From NCBI GenBank assembly GCA_965263295.1, contig OZ253665.1, positions 1,216,001 to 1,280,000 on the forward strand: a stretch of DNA of 64,000 bases, written 5' to 3'. The notes beneath the pieces were generated by a model. The model saw nothing but the letters and a program-made list of their open reading frames with translations, was not told the origin of the DNA and ran no database searches. This DNA comes from Spirochaetia bacterium. GTDB taxonomy: Bacteria > Spirochaetota > Spirochaetia > SP-2023. Each line of letters opens with the position of its first letter. The first letter of the stretch is position 1. Positions 30,523 to 41,639 of this stretch are shown here, piece by piece. Position numbers and translations under genes: made by a program.

Positions 30523-32304
30523 CTAATTCTGTGAAGACATAGAACCCAAAGAGCCATACGCACTTTCAAAACGCTGTTTCAAGTTGCGATTATTTAGAAA
30601 AGTGAGCTCTATACCTCCTGTCAGCAAATGATTCAGATAATAATTGAATAAAGATTTCTTACTCTCCAGGCCTTCCGTCTCACTCCGGGCAAAGTCGCGC
30701 ACATTGGACTCGCGAGCCTCCTCCAAACGGAAGAAAGCCAAATATTGCTGATCGGATCTACCGAGAGCATCTTCGACACCAAACAATATCACATCGCTCA
30801 ATTGTCCTGGCTCCAATGAAAAAATATTCTCAAAAAACAGCTTTGACTTGCTGATCGCCAAAGCCAGACCATCTTCAGTGAAGGCAGCATCCATTGAGTC
30901 GTAAAGAGCTGTCCCTCCATCTTTACCGCTATAACTAAAACCAAAAAACTCCGGTGTCAAGCTATAATTGGCCTCAACTTCGCGCCCTTCTTGGTCCACA
31001 TCCGCCAAACTATCTAACGATTTAGCCTGAGACTTCAAGGACTCCAAATTTTTGCGGAAATAGTTTGTAATGTTAGCGACTTCATTTGTTTCAATATAAT
31101 TGCGTACCGTAGCTGCCACCGCTGCGAAATCCGCATCAGGGTTTTGAAGCGTCTCGTTGTCAGCCTCTCCACCTTGCAAATCAGCGGCCTCCTCCGTCTG
31201 AATTTCTTCTTCGGTCTTAACCTGAAAAAAATACCACTGATTATTTAGTTCGTAAGGCCCTGCATATTCATCTTTTTTCAAAGTAAATATGGAGTCGCAC
31301 CACTGGGCAGCTTTCTCATCCTCAATGTCATTACTGCGGCTAAAAAAGTCACGCAGCTCATAATAAAATTTATTGCCGTAGTCCCCATTTTCTTGATTGT
31401 GAATATCGTTGGAATATAGTTGGGCTAATTCGCCAAAATTGTCACCACCTTCCAGCCCGCTCTGAACTTTTTTGCGATTAGCCTGGGAGTCGACTACGAT
31501 GCGACGCAGAAAATGTTTTTGAAATAACTTTTTATTCGCGTTGTAAAAATTTTCTACTTCAAATTCTGGGTAATCAGAAACCCGGTAATATAAATAAGAA
31601 ACCTTGCGTACATCGCCCAATGTCGGAATTAGCAGTTCCAATTCCTTATCATTAATCAAATCCATTGATTCAAACACGTCATTCCAGACATCCTGCGCAG
31701 CGGCGTAAGTCATGATATTCTGAGCATTCTTTAGACGGTTGGGGTCTCCCTGCAGCTGGTTCCAGGCTGCCCGATCCAACTTGCCATCCCTAGTCAACTG
31801 TTCGTAAATCAAGGCATTTGCTTCTTTCTGACTCACAGCGTTGCCGCGATCCAGCAAATAGAAATAACGGCCATATTGACCAATGGTAGAAAAGAAGGCA
31901 CGTTCAAACACGATGCGGCGCTGGTAGTCACTGCTAATGCTATCAATGCCAAATTGATTGAGCAAACTGTTAAAGTTGCTGTTAAACAAACCATATTCTG
32001 ACAAATAGTCAATTGGCTGATCACGATAAGATCCCAAACTAATATTTTCACCAGAATCCACGCCTTTAATGAGTATTGGCCAGGCAATAAATGAAATCAC
32101 GACAATGACCAGAATGATCAAGGCACCATAGCTCATCTGTCGCTGTATTTTTTTGTGACGGGCATGTTGTTTGTCTTGCAAAGAAAGGACTTTACTGGAA
32201 GCCTTCATCTGGGTTTCCACAGGGCCCTTGTCCGTATTTTCGGCCGCTTCTAAGGCCTTGCCGCCGTTTTTTTTACTGTCTTTCATGGCAATTTTATTCC
32301 TCAT
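30523..32304 (-). CDS. SurA/PpiD-like parvulin peptidyl-prolyl isomerase (membrane-anchored)
   Basis: N-terminal TM; FGELAQLYSND...GDYG rotamase motif; SLEPGQLSDVI. Confidence 0.7.
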   Translation of the reverse strand: MRNKIAMKDSKKNGGKALEAAENTDKGPVETQMKASSKVLSLQDKQHARHKKIQRQMSYGALIILVIVVISFIAWPILIKGVDSGENISLGSYRDQPIDYLSEYGLFNSNFNSLLNQFGIDSISSDYQRRIVFERAFFSTIGQYGRYFYLLDRGNAVSQKEANALIYEQLTRDGKLDRAAWNQLQGDPNRLKNAQNIMTYAAAQDVWNDVFESMDLINDKELELLIPTLGDVRKVSYLYYRVSDYPEFEVENFYNANKKLFQKHFLRRIVVDSQANRKKVQSGLEGGDNFGELAQLYSNDIHNQENGDYGNKFYYELRDFFSRSNDIEDEKAAQWCDSIFTLKKDEYAGPYELNNQWYFFQVKTEEEIQTEEAADLQGGEADNETLQNPDADFAAVAATVRNYIETNEVANITNYFRKNLESLKSQAKSLDSLADVDQEGREVEANYSLTPEFFGFSYSGKDGGTALYDSMDAAFTEDGLALAISKSKLFFENIFSLEPGQLSDVILFGVEDALGRSDQQYLAFFRLEEARESNVRDFARSETEGLESKKSLFNYYLNHLLTGGIELTFLNNRNLKQRFESAYGSLGSMSSQN

Positions 32305-32445
32305 GCTATGGCTGTGACACTGTGATGCACATAAATAGTCAAGCGCATATTTTGCTGTTATTTAGAAAATTTTATAGCTTGACAAAAACACTTTGATTAC
32401 AAAGATAAAAGGGTCATATAGTAACTATTTCTCCCTTTTAACACG

Positions 32446-34257
32446 CTAATCGTAATACGAGCGAACCAATGCCTGGATACTATTAAAGGCGTGTAGTGCA
32501 TGTTCAACACCAACCAACAAAGAGTACGGTGAATCAGGCATCGTTACGTTCAGAGCCTCAAGCAATTTCGCATTTTCTGTAGTCACAATTCCCTGAAACT
32601 GATTAGCTAAAGTTTCGAAATCAGTATGTGCTTGTTTGATTAAATATTCTGCTTCGGAATCAATTTCTTTAATCTGTTCTCTAATCTGTTTTATCAAATT
32701 GCCAGTATCATTTTTTTCAAGGCGGTAGACAATATTCATCATACTTTTGCCCCATGCGCGATCAGGGCTTAATTCAGTGTTGAAGTTGCGAACACGCTCT
32801 TCCAGGTTGTCCAATGACATACTGTGGTTCATCAACGAAGTGCGCAGAGTTGCATTTTTGGGCAACACATTGCGAATCAAGTGTATAATGATCCTTTTTA
32901 TATTTCTGGCATAGTATTTGGTTAAAAAATTATAAATGATATTAATTTCATCGGTATGGCCAAAACCAGGAATACCATAGAAACGTCCAGTATTGACAAC
33001 ACTGTTTTGTGAATAATATTCTAACGTGGAGTCTTCATAATCAATCAGCAGATTTTCTCTGGCGTCTGCGTTAGACTCAGCACGAGTTTGATTGACAAAA
33101 CTTTCCAACTCAAACAATAACTGCTGTTCGACAAATTTCTTAATCCTTTCTTTAATTTGTAGGCTAGGTATCTCTGCCTTGGGCAATGCATAAAAGTTAT
33201 TGGAGCCGCAGAGACGTATCAAATCTTCAAACGGATAATGACAAATATTCTTGTTCCAGTTCCGACAGAATTCAAGGTATCTACGCATTTTATTGTCTTC
33301 ATCCTTATTGGCTACCTTAGTGACATTTTCCAGGCTCTGATCTTCCTCTTGCTTTGACACTAAAGAACCACAAGCCAAAATATATTTAGTCACTTCATTG
33401 ATTGATTTGTCGCTACCAATGCCAGCGAGCATAAGAACAAACTGATAGAAATGTTCTAGGTGAGCCTTCAAACCTATAGTCATAGGACAATCCTTAAATC
33501 GCCCAGATTCCAGTGAGATCGACGTGCCTCCCAACGAGATAAAGAATTTTCTATAATCAAACGAGATAAATAGAAACAAATGATAAAGTTCGTTTAACCC
33601 TTTAATCAAATTAGAGGAAAAAATGGGATTAATATTCTTAGCATAGCGGCGCAATAAAGTACGCTGTTCTATTAAATAATCGCGCAAATTTTGTCCACCT
33701 TCTTGAACCTTATCCTGAAGTGTCTCCAGGTCTACCAATTCCGATAGATTGCGCTTCATATCAATATCATTGTAAAGGTGTTTGAAAGCATAACGAGTGT
33801 ACAATTCCATGCTCTCTTGCTGTTTGAACATAGCTTTTAGCACATTATCTAGTGCGCTAGCCTGGATATAAGCAGCATACAGCTTGTCTATAAACTTGCC
33901 TGAAATCATTTGGTTATTCGCCAAAACAGGTTGTCGGCTAAACTTCAAAATATTGCTTCGCAGACTTCCCAAAAGTGACTCGTGGTATAACTCCTCAGGA
34001 GATACATGAACTAACAAAGATCTTAGCCCATAGACAAGGCGAATTAAACCAGGTTGACTTTTAAAGGCCTTGTCCAGTTGAACCCGACGATTCCGTTCTT
34101 CTTGTTGAATGGACTGGGCTATTTGTTGTTTTTTTTCTTGGAGCTTTCTAGCTTGCAGGCCTTCTACTTTCCCGGCAACGATTTTGTTTTTTTCCTCCTC
34201 TAGGTCAGCAGCTAATCTCTTTCTTTCCGTTTGCGAAATATTGGTCGTATTTTTCAT
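32446..34257 (-). CDS. Conserved spirochete helical protein (DUF5312-like)
   Basis: 603-aa helical ORF; N-terminal ISQTERKRL and STLEYYS resemble this family. Confidence 0.5.
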   Translation of the reverse strand: MKNTTNISQTERKRLAADLEEEKNKIVAGKVEGLQARKLQEKKQQIAQSIQQEERNRRVQLDKAFKSQPGLIRLVYGLRSLLVHVSPEELYHESLLGSLRSNILKFSRQPVLANNQMISGKFIDKLYAAYIQASALDNVLKAMFKQQESMELYTRYAFKHLYNDIDMKRNLSELVDLETLQDKVQEGGQNLRDYLIEQRTLLRRYAKNINPIFSSNLIKGLNELYHLFLFISFDYRKFFISLGGTSISLESGRFKDCPMTIGLKAHLEHFYQFVLMLAGIGSDKSINEVTKYILACGSLVSKQEEDQSLENVTKVANKDEDNKMRRYLEFCRNWNKNICHYPFEDLIRLCGSNNFYALPKAEIPSLQIKERIKKFVEQQLLFELESFVNQTRAESNADARENLLIDYEDSTLEYYSQNSVVNTGRFYGIPGFGHTDEINIIYNFLTKYYARNIKRIIIHLIRNVLPKNATLRTSLMNHSMSLDNLEERVRNFNTELSPDRAWGKSMMNIVYRLEKNDTGNLIKQIREQIKEIDSEAEYLIKQAHTDFETLANQFQGIVTTENAKLLEALNVTMPDSPYSLLVGVEHALHAFNSIQALVRSYYD

Positions 34258-34369
34258 ATCTTTTCCTTAAAGCCTTAAAGGGATTGTCGGTAAAGGGGCT
34301 TGATAGGCCCAAGCATTATACAAAACTACGCTATTTGCTAAACACCCACTGCCCGACAGAACAAAACGG

Positions 34370-34399
34370 CACGCGGATCAGATACACGCGGATCAGATA
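34370..34399. repeat. 15-bp perfect tandem duplication (CACGCGGATCAGATA x2)
   Basis: Read directly from the sequence; in a divergent intergenic region. Confidence 0.9.
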
Positions 34400-34460
34400 T
34401 TTAAGGCCATGGCTGATTCTCGACAATTTATTCTTGTAATTCCAATTTTTTATCCTTTTT

Positions 34461-37070
34461 ATGGATATGCATGGTTTCAGCCTAAATACTGCCGAATGCT
34501 TATGCCTACTAACTTTAAGTAGTGCTTTAATCTGTCTGGGAGACCAAAGCCTTCTTTGTGAAAAACGTCAATCCTCCAGATTTATAGACTCAAGAAAATT
34601 TAACAATTCTCATGCCAATCAATCAAGGGTCATACAAAAAAAACATCACTATATTACGAAAACGGCAAAACAGCAGGAACAATTTCTGGCAGACGATTCA
34701 TTGAGGCAAACTTCGCGAAAAAATACTCCAATCTTCCCGTGCAACAATCAACTCCAAGCTCAACTTGAATCTCAAGCTGAAACTCAAATTGAAGAAGCCG
34801 TTCCCGATATGGCAAAGTATTATGGCTGGTATTATTCCTTACAGAGCCAGACACGGAGCGCTCTGACCTTAAACCAGCCGCATACTAGTGACAATAATAA
34901 CCCGGCAAAAATCGACAGGATGGAGTTATCCTTCCTCGCAGAAAGTCCACAAGATCCTCGTTGGGGTAGCCTACAGCTGCGCGCACGAGTACCGCTGCAG
35001 CAAATCTGGCAACAAGGACAAACGGATAACTATCCAGTCGAAATTCAGGGCTTGAAAACGGCCAATTTCTCTCCGTTACTGCCGCCAGCTTACCACAGCA
35101 ACCTGTACCTGCGTTGGGGTCTAACTCAGAGCCGACCAGCCTACCTGCAGGCAGGCTGCTTAAAACCACGGGACGACAGTCTCTGGCACATTATGCAAAG
35201 CAGCATACAGTTTCCAGGACCGATGAAAGCTTTCGCCGGTCTATCCAACAAGAATGACAAACTCCGCCCTGGTCTCATCTATGACAGTGATAGTACCATA
35301 GGAGAAAACCAAGGGTTCAGTTGGGATGGCCAGTTATTACAAGCTGCACTACTGCACCAGCGCGGCCGCATGGAAGAGAGCCTGATTAGCGGTCTAGGCC
35401 TGCGCGTGAACTACCGGCCCAACAGCAAGAACCAATTACACTTGCGCACAGCTACAATGTTTACACAAAACTTGAGCCAGCCTGATTCGCATCAGGCAAA
35501 TGACGGCGATTGGTACTTTAGCGACTTTCAGGTCCGCCAGAACCCAAAAGCCTATTCGACAACTCCAGATCGTCGCTGGACTGAACTCGTGCGTTACGAC
35601 CGAGCCGTGCAACAGTACGGCTTACAGGCGAGCTGGCAACATTCGCAGGCCGCGACGACCATATCGGACAAGCAGCTTCCAGCGCTAAGAAAGCCAGCCC
35701 CATTTTGGCAATTGAGTGGCGAACAAACTGCCAGCCTTAGCCCCTGGGACTACCTGGGCATACAGCAAAGATATTGCTTCAATCTGCAGGCTCCGATATA
35801 TGCTTACTCTCAAGAATTTATGGCAGATCAAGTCCGGCAGCATATCTTAACTTTCAGCAATCAAAGTTACATATTTTATCGCGATGCTCATTGGGTCGAC
35901 GCACGGCGCCGTCTGCCCCGCTACAAGCTCAGTTCTTTCTACGGTCGCCGCTGGTACCTGCAAAATCAACTTCAACTCCGGTTTCGGCAAAAACACTACC
36001 GGGCCAATCCCGACCGTCCTCACAGCTGGAAGCCCCAGCATCGCAACGAACAAATACTAAAATTTGATAGTGGCGCTAAAATCGTGCGCTCGCTACTTCC
36101 TACAGAGCGCCCATATTTGAACTTTGGTCTTCGGTATACCTGGCTCTACTACCCATTACAGCAGGCGGAGCAAAAAGGGGGCCGGGTCTGGCACTTGAGC
36201 TTAGGTAGTGATATCCAGCAACAATTAGTCAGCAGCAATGACATTCGACCCGGCCAACGCGGCCTTCCCGACCCACCTTGGAAAAGATGCGTGCAGTGCC
36301 AGTTTGGTTGGCAACAAAAGCCTCCAACGCGTATACCTAAACTTGTAAATACAGACAAAAAAACTATTAAATCTGTCAATGACGCCCCGGCAATTTGCCA
36401 GGCAACGCCTAACCCCAAGGAAGCGAGCCCACTCCCGGCAAGTCTGACACGCCTGGGCTGGCGGGCTTCTCTATCGACTAAGGAACAAAACCTAAAACAA
36501 AGCCAGTTATGGCTCCTGGCAGAAATCTACCGCAAAGACAGCGGTCAGCTCTACAACCTGCAAAGTTCAGTCCAACTCAGTCTTTTCTTGCAATTCTGGC
36601 GCTACGACCTTGGCTATGTGAAACGTCGGGTCCCTGGCGCTCAGCAGACACAGCTAGCTAGCTGGTGGAAGCTGATTCAGCTACAACTGGACCTTGGACC
36701 GCAGATCAGCTTTGTTCCAGACAGTACGACAGGAGGAACCCCTATTGCTCAAATAGAACTGCGCTGCCGGCTCAAAGCCGAACTGCGATTCCCCAGTCAC
36801 TGGTTTCTGGCTCTAGGTATTGGCTTAGACGAATGGCAGTGGCCAGTCGGTTTAAAACAGCCCTCCATAGACCAGACACTGCAAAAAGTACAAATTGAGC
36901 TGACAGCACGTTATGAGTTCTATGGTTCAGGACGTCAGCACCGCAGAAAAGGAGAGTCCTCAGAAACGGCAAAAAAACCTAGTGACGATGCGCTTGACCC
37001 ACTAGAACAACTGCAAAAGGCCTTTGGCTGGGATAATGAAGGGCGAGAAACAGAAGAGGAAATGAAATAG
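34461..37070 (+). CDS. Large hypothetical protein, possible outer-membrane beta-barrel
   Basis: 869-aa ORF, Gln/Trp-rich, with many alternating amphipathic strands; terminal strand VQIELTARYEF followed by a charged tail. Confidence 0.55.
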   Translation: MDMHGFSLNTAECLCLLTLSSALICLGDQSLLCEKRQSSRFIDSRKFNNSHANQSRVIQKKHHYITKTAKQQEQFLADDSLRQTSRKNTPIFPCNNQLQAQLESQAETQIEEAVPDMAKYYGWYYSLQSQTRSALTLNQPHTSDNNNPAKIDRMELSFLAESPQDPRWGSLQLRARVPLQQIWQQGQTDNYPVEIQGLKTANFSPLLPPAYHSNLYLRWGLTQSRPAYLQAGCLKPRDDSLWHIMQSSIQFPGPMKAFAGLSNKNDKLRPGLIYDSDSTIGENQGFSWDGQLLQAALLHQRGRMEESLISGLGLRVNYRPNSKNQLHLRTATMFTQNLSQPDSHQANDGDWYFSDFQVRQNPKAYSTTPDRRWTELVRYDRAVQQYGLQASWQHSQAATTISDKQLPALRKPAPFWQLSGEQTASLSPWDYLGIQQRYCFNLQAPIYAYSQEFMADQVRQHILTFSNQSYIFYRDAHWVDARRRLPRYKLSSFYGRRWYLQNQLQLRFRQKHYRANPDRPHSWKPQHRNEQILKFDSGAKIVRSLLPTERPYLNFGLRYTWLYYPLQQAEQKGGRVWHLSLGSDIQQQLVSSNDIRPGQRGLPDPPWKRCVQCQFGWQQKPPTRIPKLVNTDKKTIKSVNDAPAICQATPNPKEASPLPASLTRLGWRASLSTKEQNLKQSQLWLLAEIYRKDSGQLYNLQSSVQLSLFLQFWRYDLGYVKRRVPGAQQTQLASWWKLIQLQLDLGPQISFVPDSTTGGTPIAQIELRCRLKAELRFPSHWFLALGIGLDEWQWPVGLKQPSIDQTLQKVQIELTARYEFYGSGRQHRRKGESSETAKKPSDDALDPLEQLQKAFGWDNEGRETEEEMK

Positions 37071-37145
37071 AATCCCACATTCTCAATGCATCCGCAGTTG
37101 TTTTTCTGACCTTAGAGTCAGGTTCTCAGCCCAATATGATAGCCA

Positions 37146-38402
37146 TTATTTTGTATTTCCAACTAACGTCATACAGCAGATTTTTAATACAAAGATCAGC
37201 ATACAAAGTAGTCTTGGCCAATTCCACGGCAAAATCAGGTGGCCTAGAAATGACAGAATTCTGATCAATGCCAGCTTTTTACGGCGATATCTACCTGAAA
37301 AATTTAGTAAAGCCTCAGGATAATCCAACACAATAAAAGACGTAATTTTGCGCTCAGTATTTTTATCATCAACAAAATCATGAATATTGGTATTTTTAGC
37401 TACCAAAAGCAAGGTCGGAGCAGATTTATTAATTACGGTGCGGACTTCAGCAATACGCTTACTTTTACGATAGCGTGTCGTATATCGCCCCACAATCTTG
37501 ATATTGCCAAATGAAATTTTAAATATTTCTTCTACGCGATTCAACAGTGAAGCGGTCCCACCTATTAGAAAAATTGAACCATGATATTCATCCAAGCTGC
37601 TGAGCAAACTGACTGTAAAGTCAAACTTTGTCTGAAATGCATAAACAGGTTTCGCTTTTCCCGATTCCCGCTTCTGTTCCTCGCTCTGATTTTCTCCCGA
37701 CTCTCTAAGGTTTTCATGCGGGCGAGCTTCAGCCTGTCTGAATGATAAGGTCCGAAAAGCCCACTGCATCAACAGGCCCTGAGGATACACTAGGTCCGCC
37801 ACCTGTAGAATACGGCGAGTGGGAAAATGTATTAAGGACTTTAAATAGCGAGAAAAATCCAAAAACAAAATATTAAAATTACGGCCATTCGGACTTTCAA
37901 ATATGCGCGAACTATATTCGTTAGACTTATTTTCATTTCTGTCGCGCTGCATCTCTGTTATAATGCGTTTAAAATTTTTTTGTCGCTCAGTCTGCATATT
38001 GCGTAATCGTTCAATGGTCAACTTGAGACTATTTTCAGAAAGGTAACCCAAGTTAATATATTTGTTAAGGAAAACTTTCTGCAACTCCACACCCTCCCAC
38101 GGGGCCGCAGTGCCTGCGCCATCCGCCCCGGATTGCGTCAAGACAACAGGCTGTTCAAATTCAGGCAAATCAGGCGCGGGTTGAACCTGCATTAACTTTG
38201 TATTCTTCAAAATTTGTTCATTCGCTTGAGGAAACATCAGTTCACTTTCACCTTGGTCATACGCTTTTACATCATTGCCACACGTTCTTTCAGACTCGGC
38301 CTCATCTTGGCCTAATGCAGCGACAAGCTGCTTTTGTCGCAGTATCGGAGCAAAGCCATTGCCTACAGATTCTGGCGCCTTAATTTTCTTTTCATCTGTC
38401 AC
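37146..38402 (-). CDS. WecB/TagA/CpsF-family glycosyltransferase-like protein with long N-terminal extension
   Basis: ILQVADLVYP, SIFLIGG...FGNIKIVGRY and INKSAPTLLLVA motifs. Confidence 0.6.
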   Translation of the reverse strand: MTDEKKIKAPESVGNGFAPILRQKQLVAALGQDEAESERTCGNDVKAYDQGESELMFPQANEQILKNTKLMQVQPAPDLPEFEQPVVLTQSGADGAGTAAPWEGVELQKVFLNKYINLGYLSENSLKLTIERLRNMQTERQKNFKRIITEMQRDRNENKSNEYSSRIFESPNGRNFNILFLDFSRYLKSLIHFPTRRILQVADLVYPQGLLMQWAFRTLSFRQAEARPHENLRESGENQSEEQKRESGKAKPVYAFQTKFDFTVSLLSSLDEYHGSIFLIGGTASLLNRVEEIFKISFGNIKIVGRYTTRYRKSKRIAEVRTVINKSAPTLLLVAKNTNIHDFVDDKNTERKITSFIVLDYPEALLNFSGRYRRKKLALIRILSFLGHLILPWNWPRLLCMLIFVLKICCMTLVGNTK

Positions 38403-38412
38403 TTTGATTCCT

Positions 38413-38820
38413 TTATGCTAAAGCAGGCAAAAGTTGACAATGTATGCGGCGATTACGGGGGCCGTCAAACTCGCAAAAATAGATTCCCTGCCATGTGCCA
38501 AGGTCTAAGCACCCGTCCGAGACCGGCACAGTCAAAGAAGGCCCAGTCATAATGCACTGAATATGTGAGTCAGAATTGCCTTCACTGTGAGTAAAACCGG
38601 CATTCTTGGGTACCATGGAACTGTAGTGCTGCAGAAAATCGCGCTGCACCGCAGGATCCGCATTTTCATTTACCGTCAACGCCGCTGTAGTGTGGCGGCA
38701 AAACAGCAACAATGCTGCTTCACGGTGTGTTTGCAGCAAGTCTCTCATTAAACTTTCAATTTTAGCTGTTATGTCAATAATTTGTTTTCTACTTTTGGTA
38801 GAAATAATTAACTCTCTCAT
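38413..38820 (-). CDS. yjbQ: YjbQ (UPF0047) family protein
   Basis: HTTAALTVNENADP, HSEGNSDSH and LGTWQGIYFCEFDGPR motifs. Confidence 0.93.
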   Translation of the reverse strand: MRELIISTKSRKQIIDITAKIESLMRDLLQTHREAALLLFCRHTTAALTVNENADPAVQRDFLQHYSSMVPKNAGFTHSEGNSDSHIQCIMTGPSLTVPVSDGCLDLGTWQGIYFCEFDGPRNRRIHCQLLPALA

Positions 38821-39033
38821 TCCGGGGTTTCCTCAAAGCTTCTGAGTCTACGGCAGCGGCAACTTACAATGTGTGAGCCACCCGATTATATACAAGATCG
38901 GCCAATTTTTCATGCATTTTATTCATTCATTGCCAAGCATTTTGGAAACTGTTTGTCGGCTATCCTCGCACAACCAAGTAGAAACTCTAATTAAGCCTTT
39001 ACAGTTTCCCAGTGTGCAAGACTCTAAATCCAC

Positions 39034-41619
39034 CTAGCCGGCATTTGTCAGCAGCCGGGTCAACAGACTTGCGGCAAAACTTGCGTTCTGCCGCACAGGG
39101 CTTTCGTGTTCCAAGGTCGCAACGAGGGCGTGCAAACTTTCTGTACTGCCAAGAAAGCAAAGTTGTTGCTTCGCCCGGGTAATTGCCGTATACAACAGAG
39201 CCTTAGACCAAGGCGAGTCCTGGTACAGGCTGGAACCACGTCCCGGCTGAGGTTGCGGCAACAATACACAGACTTGGCGATATTCTGAACCCTGGCTTTT
39301 GTGGATGCTTTGGACAAAAGAGGCCTCACAGTCTTCAACCTGTGCCATGGGCAACAGGCGATACGCGCCCAAATGCGTCGCTCCCAGGTGCATCATTCCA
39401 TGGGCCAGAACTGGAGCCAAAGTCTCTCCAGGGCTCAAGGCCACATCACTGCCTTCGGCGGCATTATCTTCTAGCGGGAATACTGCGTAGTAATGCGAAC
39501 CAAAGCGGCAGCAAAAGCCGCGGTCGCCGTTGAACAGGACTTGGTCATAATTGTTGCGCGTAACTTGCACAGGGCAGCCGTGGTAAAAACGCTGGCCACA
39601 GCCTCTATCAAACTGTTGTAAGCCAATTTTTAACAAGGCGTTGTTTATAGACCGCGCGCCCGCAGCGGCATTTTGCAAAGGGCTGAGCACTGAAAAATCT
39701 TGCAAGTGCTTAAAACCGCGCTCAAGTTCACTGTAAGTCTGAGCCAAGTTCTCGCCGCGTTGTTGTGCCAGTGGTGCAAAGCCCATAGAAAAGAAACGCG
39801 GCCTCCAATGCTGCCACAAGTAATCCAGCAACTTGTCCCTGCCGGACGCAGCTGCTCCCTCCTGATCTTCCACAGGGTACCAACTCAACACCACTACCGA
39901 ATCGCCCGCAGAACGTTTAGAATCCGCTGCGAGCTTCGCCTCCAGTAGACAGCTGTGGAACTGGACCGTCTCCCCTTGTAAGACCAATTGCCCCAGCTCG
40001 CGAATTTCTCTGACGGAACGGTGGCTACCCTGCAGCTCAACCAAGCATTCCCGCGAGTCTCCAGCCGCAGGGGCCGCAACAGCCGCCAAAACTTCCTTCC
40101 AGAAAGCCCCTGGGCCAACGGGCGGCAACTGATTTAGGTCGCCAATAAGCAATAAACGAGTTTCGGGATGCAAGCGCGAAAGCAATTGCCAAGCCATTTC
40201 ACTATCCAGCATAGAAGCCTCATCAACGACAAGTAAATCCAGTTGGAGTAACTCCAAGTTGCGGCCACTGCGGTAATTCTGGCCGGATGAGGCAGCGCGG
40301 CGATACAGATGGGCTGACGACCACCCCATGCCCAGAAGCTTATGCAAGGTGCAGGCGGCAAAACCCAAGCTTTCGGGACTCGCAGCTGAATTTGTGGCTG
40401 CAGCCACCGCCCGGCGCAAGCCCTGCAACATACGCTGGGCCGCCCGCGCCGTAGGCGCACAAAGGGCCAATTGCAAGGGACGAACGAGAGTAGGCCCGGA
40501 ATCTTCACCGACTGTAATTTGCTGCTGGGCCTGGCGCCGGGACTTTTGCCGGACCTGTTGTTCGGCTCGCCGCAGAATTTGCAGCAGACTAGCCAGCAAG
40601 CTGGTCTTACCGCTCCCCGGCCCGCCACAGAGCAAGAGCAGCCGCCTGTGGCAGAGCTTGGCCAGGCAGTTCCGTAGAATTTCACGGTTTTGGCGTAAGT
40701 GCAGGCCATCATCTGACGAGCACTCGGCCAAAAGCGCCTCCATGCTTTGATATAAAAGTTCTGGGTGCTCTAAGAGACCTGTCGATTGATGTAATTGGGG
40801 CGGCTGTGCCATCTGTGGGGGCTTTTCCACTTCTAGCCCGCCTAGTTCGCCTCGCTTTGTTCTGTCAATACGGGCCCGCAAGGCCTGGCCCAAGCGCAAT
40901 TGCAAGCGACCGAGACGCGAGAGGCCAAAATACACATGGGCTTCCTGCTCCCAATACCAAAAGCTTGTGCCTGCCGGTTCTGCTTGCCAATCTACCTGCA
41001 AATTCCCTCGCGGGTCTGGCGCTAAACTGGGCGTGCCATTGTGGCAAGCCAGCTTCCAAAAGCCCGGCAACTGGGCACACAAGTGCATGGTGGACATGGC
41101 TTCGCAAACCGGCTCAAATTCCAAGGGCGCAGACACCATCTGCAATACGGCCCTCAACTCGCCAAGGGCAAAGCAAAGGCGCCCTTCCAGCTTGATTGGT
41201 AGCCCGGCGGGCACCTCGGGCGGATCTTCAGCGCCGGCCATATCTTTGCCCTCCCTGCGCTCTTCCAGCACGGCCCAAGCAGCTTGCCCCGCCTGAGCCA
41301 GGCCCTGCGCGCACAAGATGCCCATGGCGAGATACATGGCGAGATACAAGGCTTGCTGCCGATCGCAGGGCTCCGTTAGATCATTGCACAAACACTGCTC
41401 GCGATACTGACGATAGAGCAATCCATACAAGGCAGATACTTTGGACAGCTTATTCAAGCACAAGGATTCCCACTGTCTGAATTCCGCAGAAAGCTTTCGG
41501 GAATCCCGCTCCAACACTTGATCAGGCACGCGGTCATGGTCGCTCGCCGGCTTTGCCGGCGTCTTGCCGTGCCCAATTTTTTGCGGCTCCGAAGAAAAAA
41601 ACGGGAGAAGTTGTGCCAT
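39034..41619 (-). CDS. recD: Exodeoxyribonuclease V alpha subunit (RecD-like SF1B helicase)
   Basis: GGPGSGKT, APTARAA, TLHKLLG, VVDEASM, IGDLNQLPPVGPG, LFNGDRG, SIHKSQGSEY and LLYTAITRA motifs. Confidence 0.9.
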   Translation of the reverse strand: MAQLLPFFSSEPQKIGHGKTPAKPASDHDRVPDQVLERDSRKLSAEFRQWESLCLNKLSKVSALYGLLYRQYREQCLCNDLTEPCDRQQALYLAMYLAMGILCAQGLAQAGQAAWAVLEERREGKDMAGAEDPPEVPAGLPIKLEGRLCFALGELRAVLQMVSAPLEFEPVCEAMSTMHLCAQLPGFWKLACHNGTPSLAPDPRGNLQVDWQAEPAGTSFWYWEQEAHVYFGLSRLGRLQLRLGQALRARIDRTKRGELGGLEVEKPPQMAQPPQLHQSTGLLEHPELLYQSMEALLAECSSDDGLHLRQNREILRNCLAKLCHRRLLLLCGGPGSGKTSLLASLLQILRRAEQQVRQKSRRQAQQQITVGEDSGPTLVRPLQLALCAPTARAAQRMLQGLRRAVAAATNSAASPESLGFAACTLHKLLGMGWSSAHLYRRAASSGQNYRSGRNLELLQLDLLVVDEASMLDSEMAWQLLSRLHPETRLLLIGDLNQLPPVGPGAFWKEVLAAVAAPAAGDSRECLVELQGSHRSVREIRELGQLVLQGETVQFHSCLLEAKLAADSKRSAGDSVVVLSWYPVEDQEGAAASGRDKLLDYLWQHWRPRFFSMGFAPLAQQRGENLAQTYSELERGFKHLQDFSVLSPLQNAAAGARSINNALLKIGLQQFDRGCGQRFYHGCPVQVTRNNYDQVLFNGDRGFCCRFGSHYYAVFPLEDNAAEGSDVALSPGETLAPVLAHGMMHLGATHLGAYRLLPMAQVEDCEASFVQSIHKSQGSEYRQVCVLLPQPQPGRGSSLYQDSPWSKALLYTAITRAKQQLCFLGSTESLHALVATLEHESPVRQNASFAASLLTRLLTNAG

Positions 41620-41639
41620 CGCAATATTTACAAAGGCGA

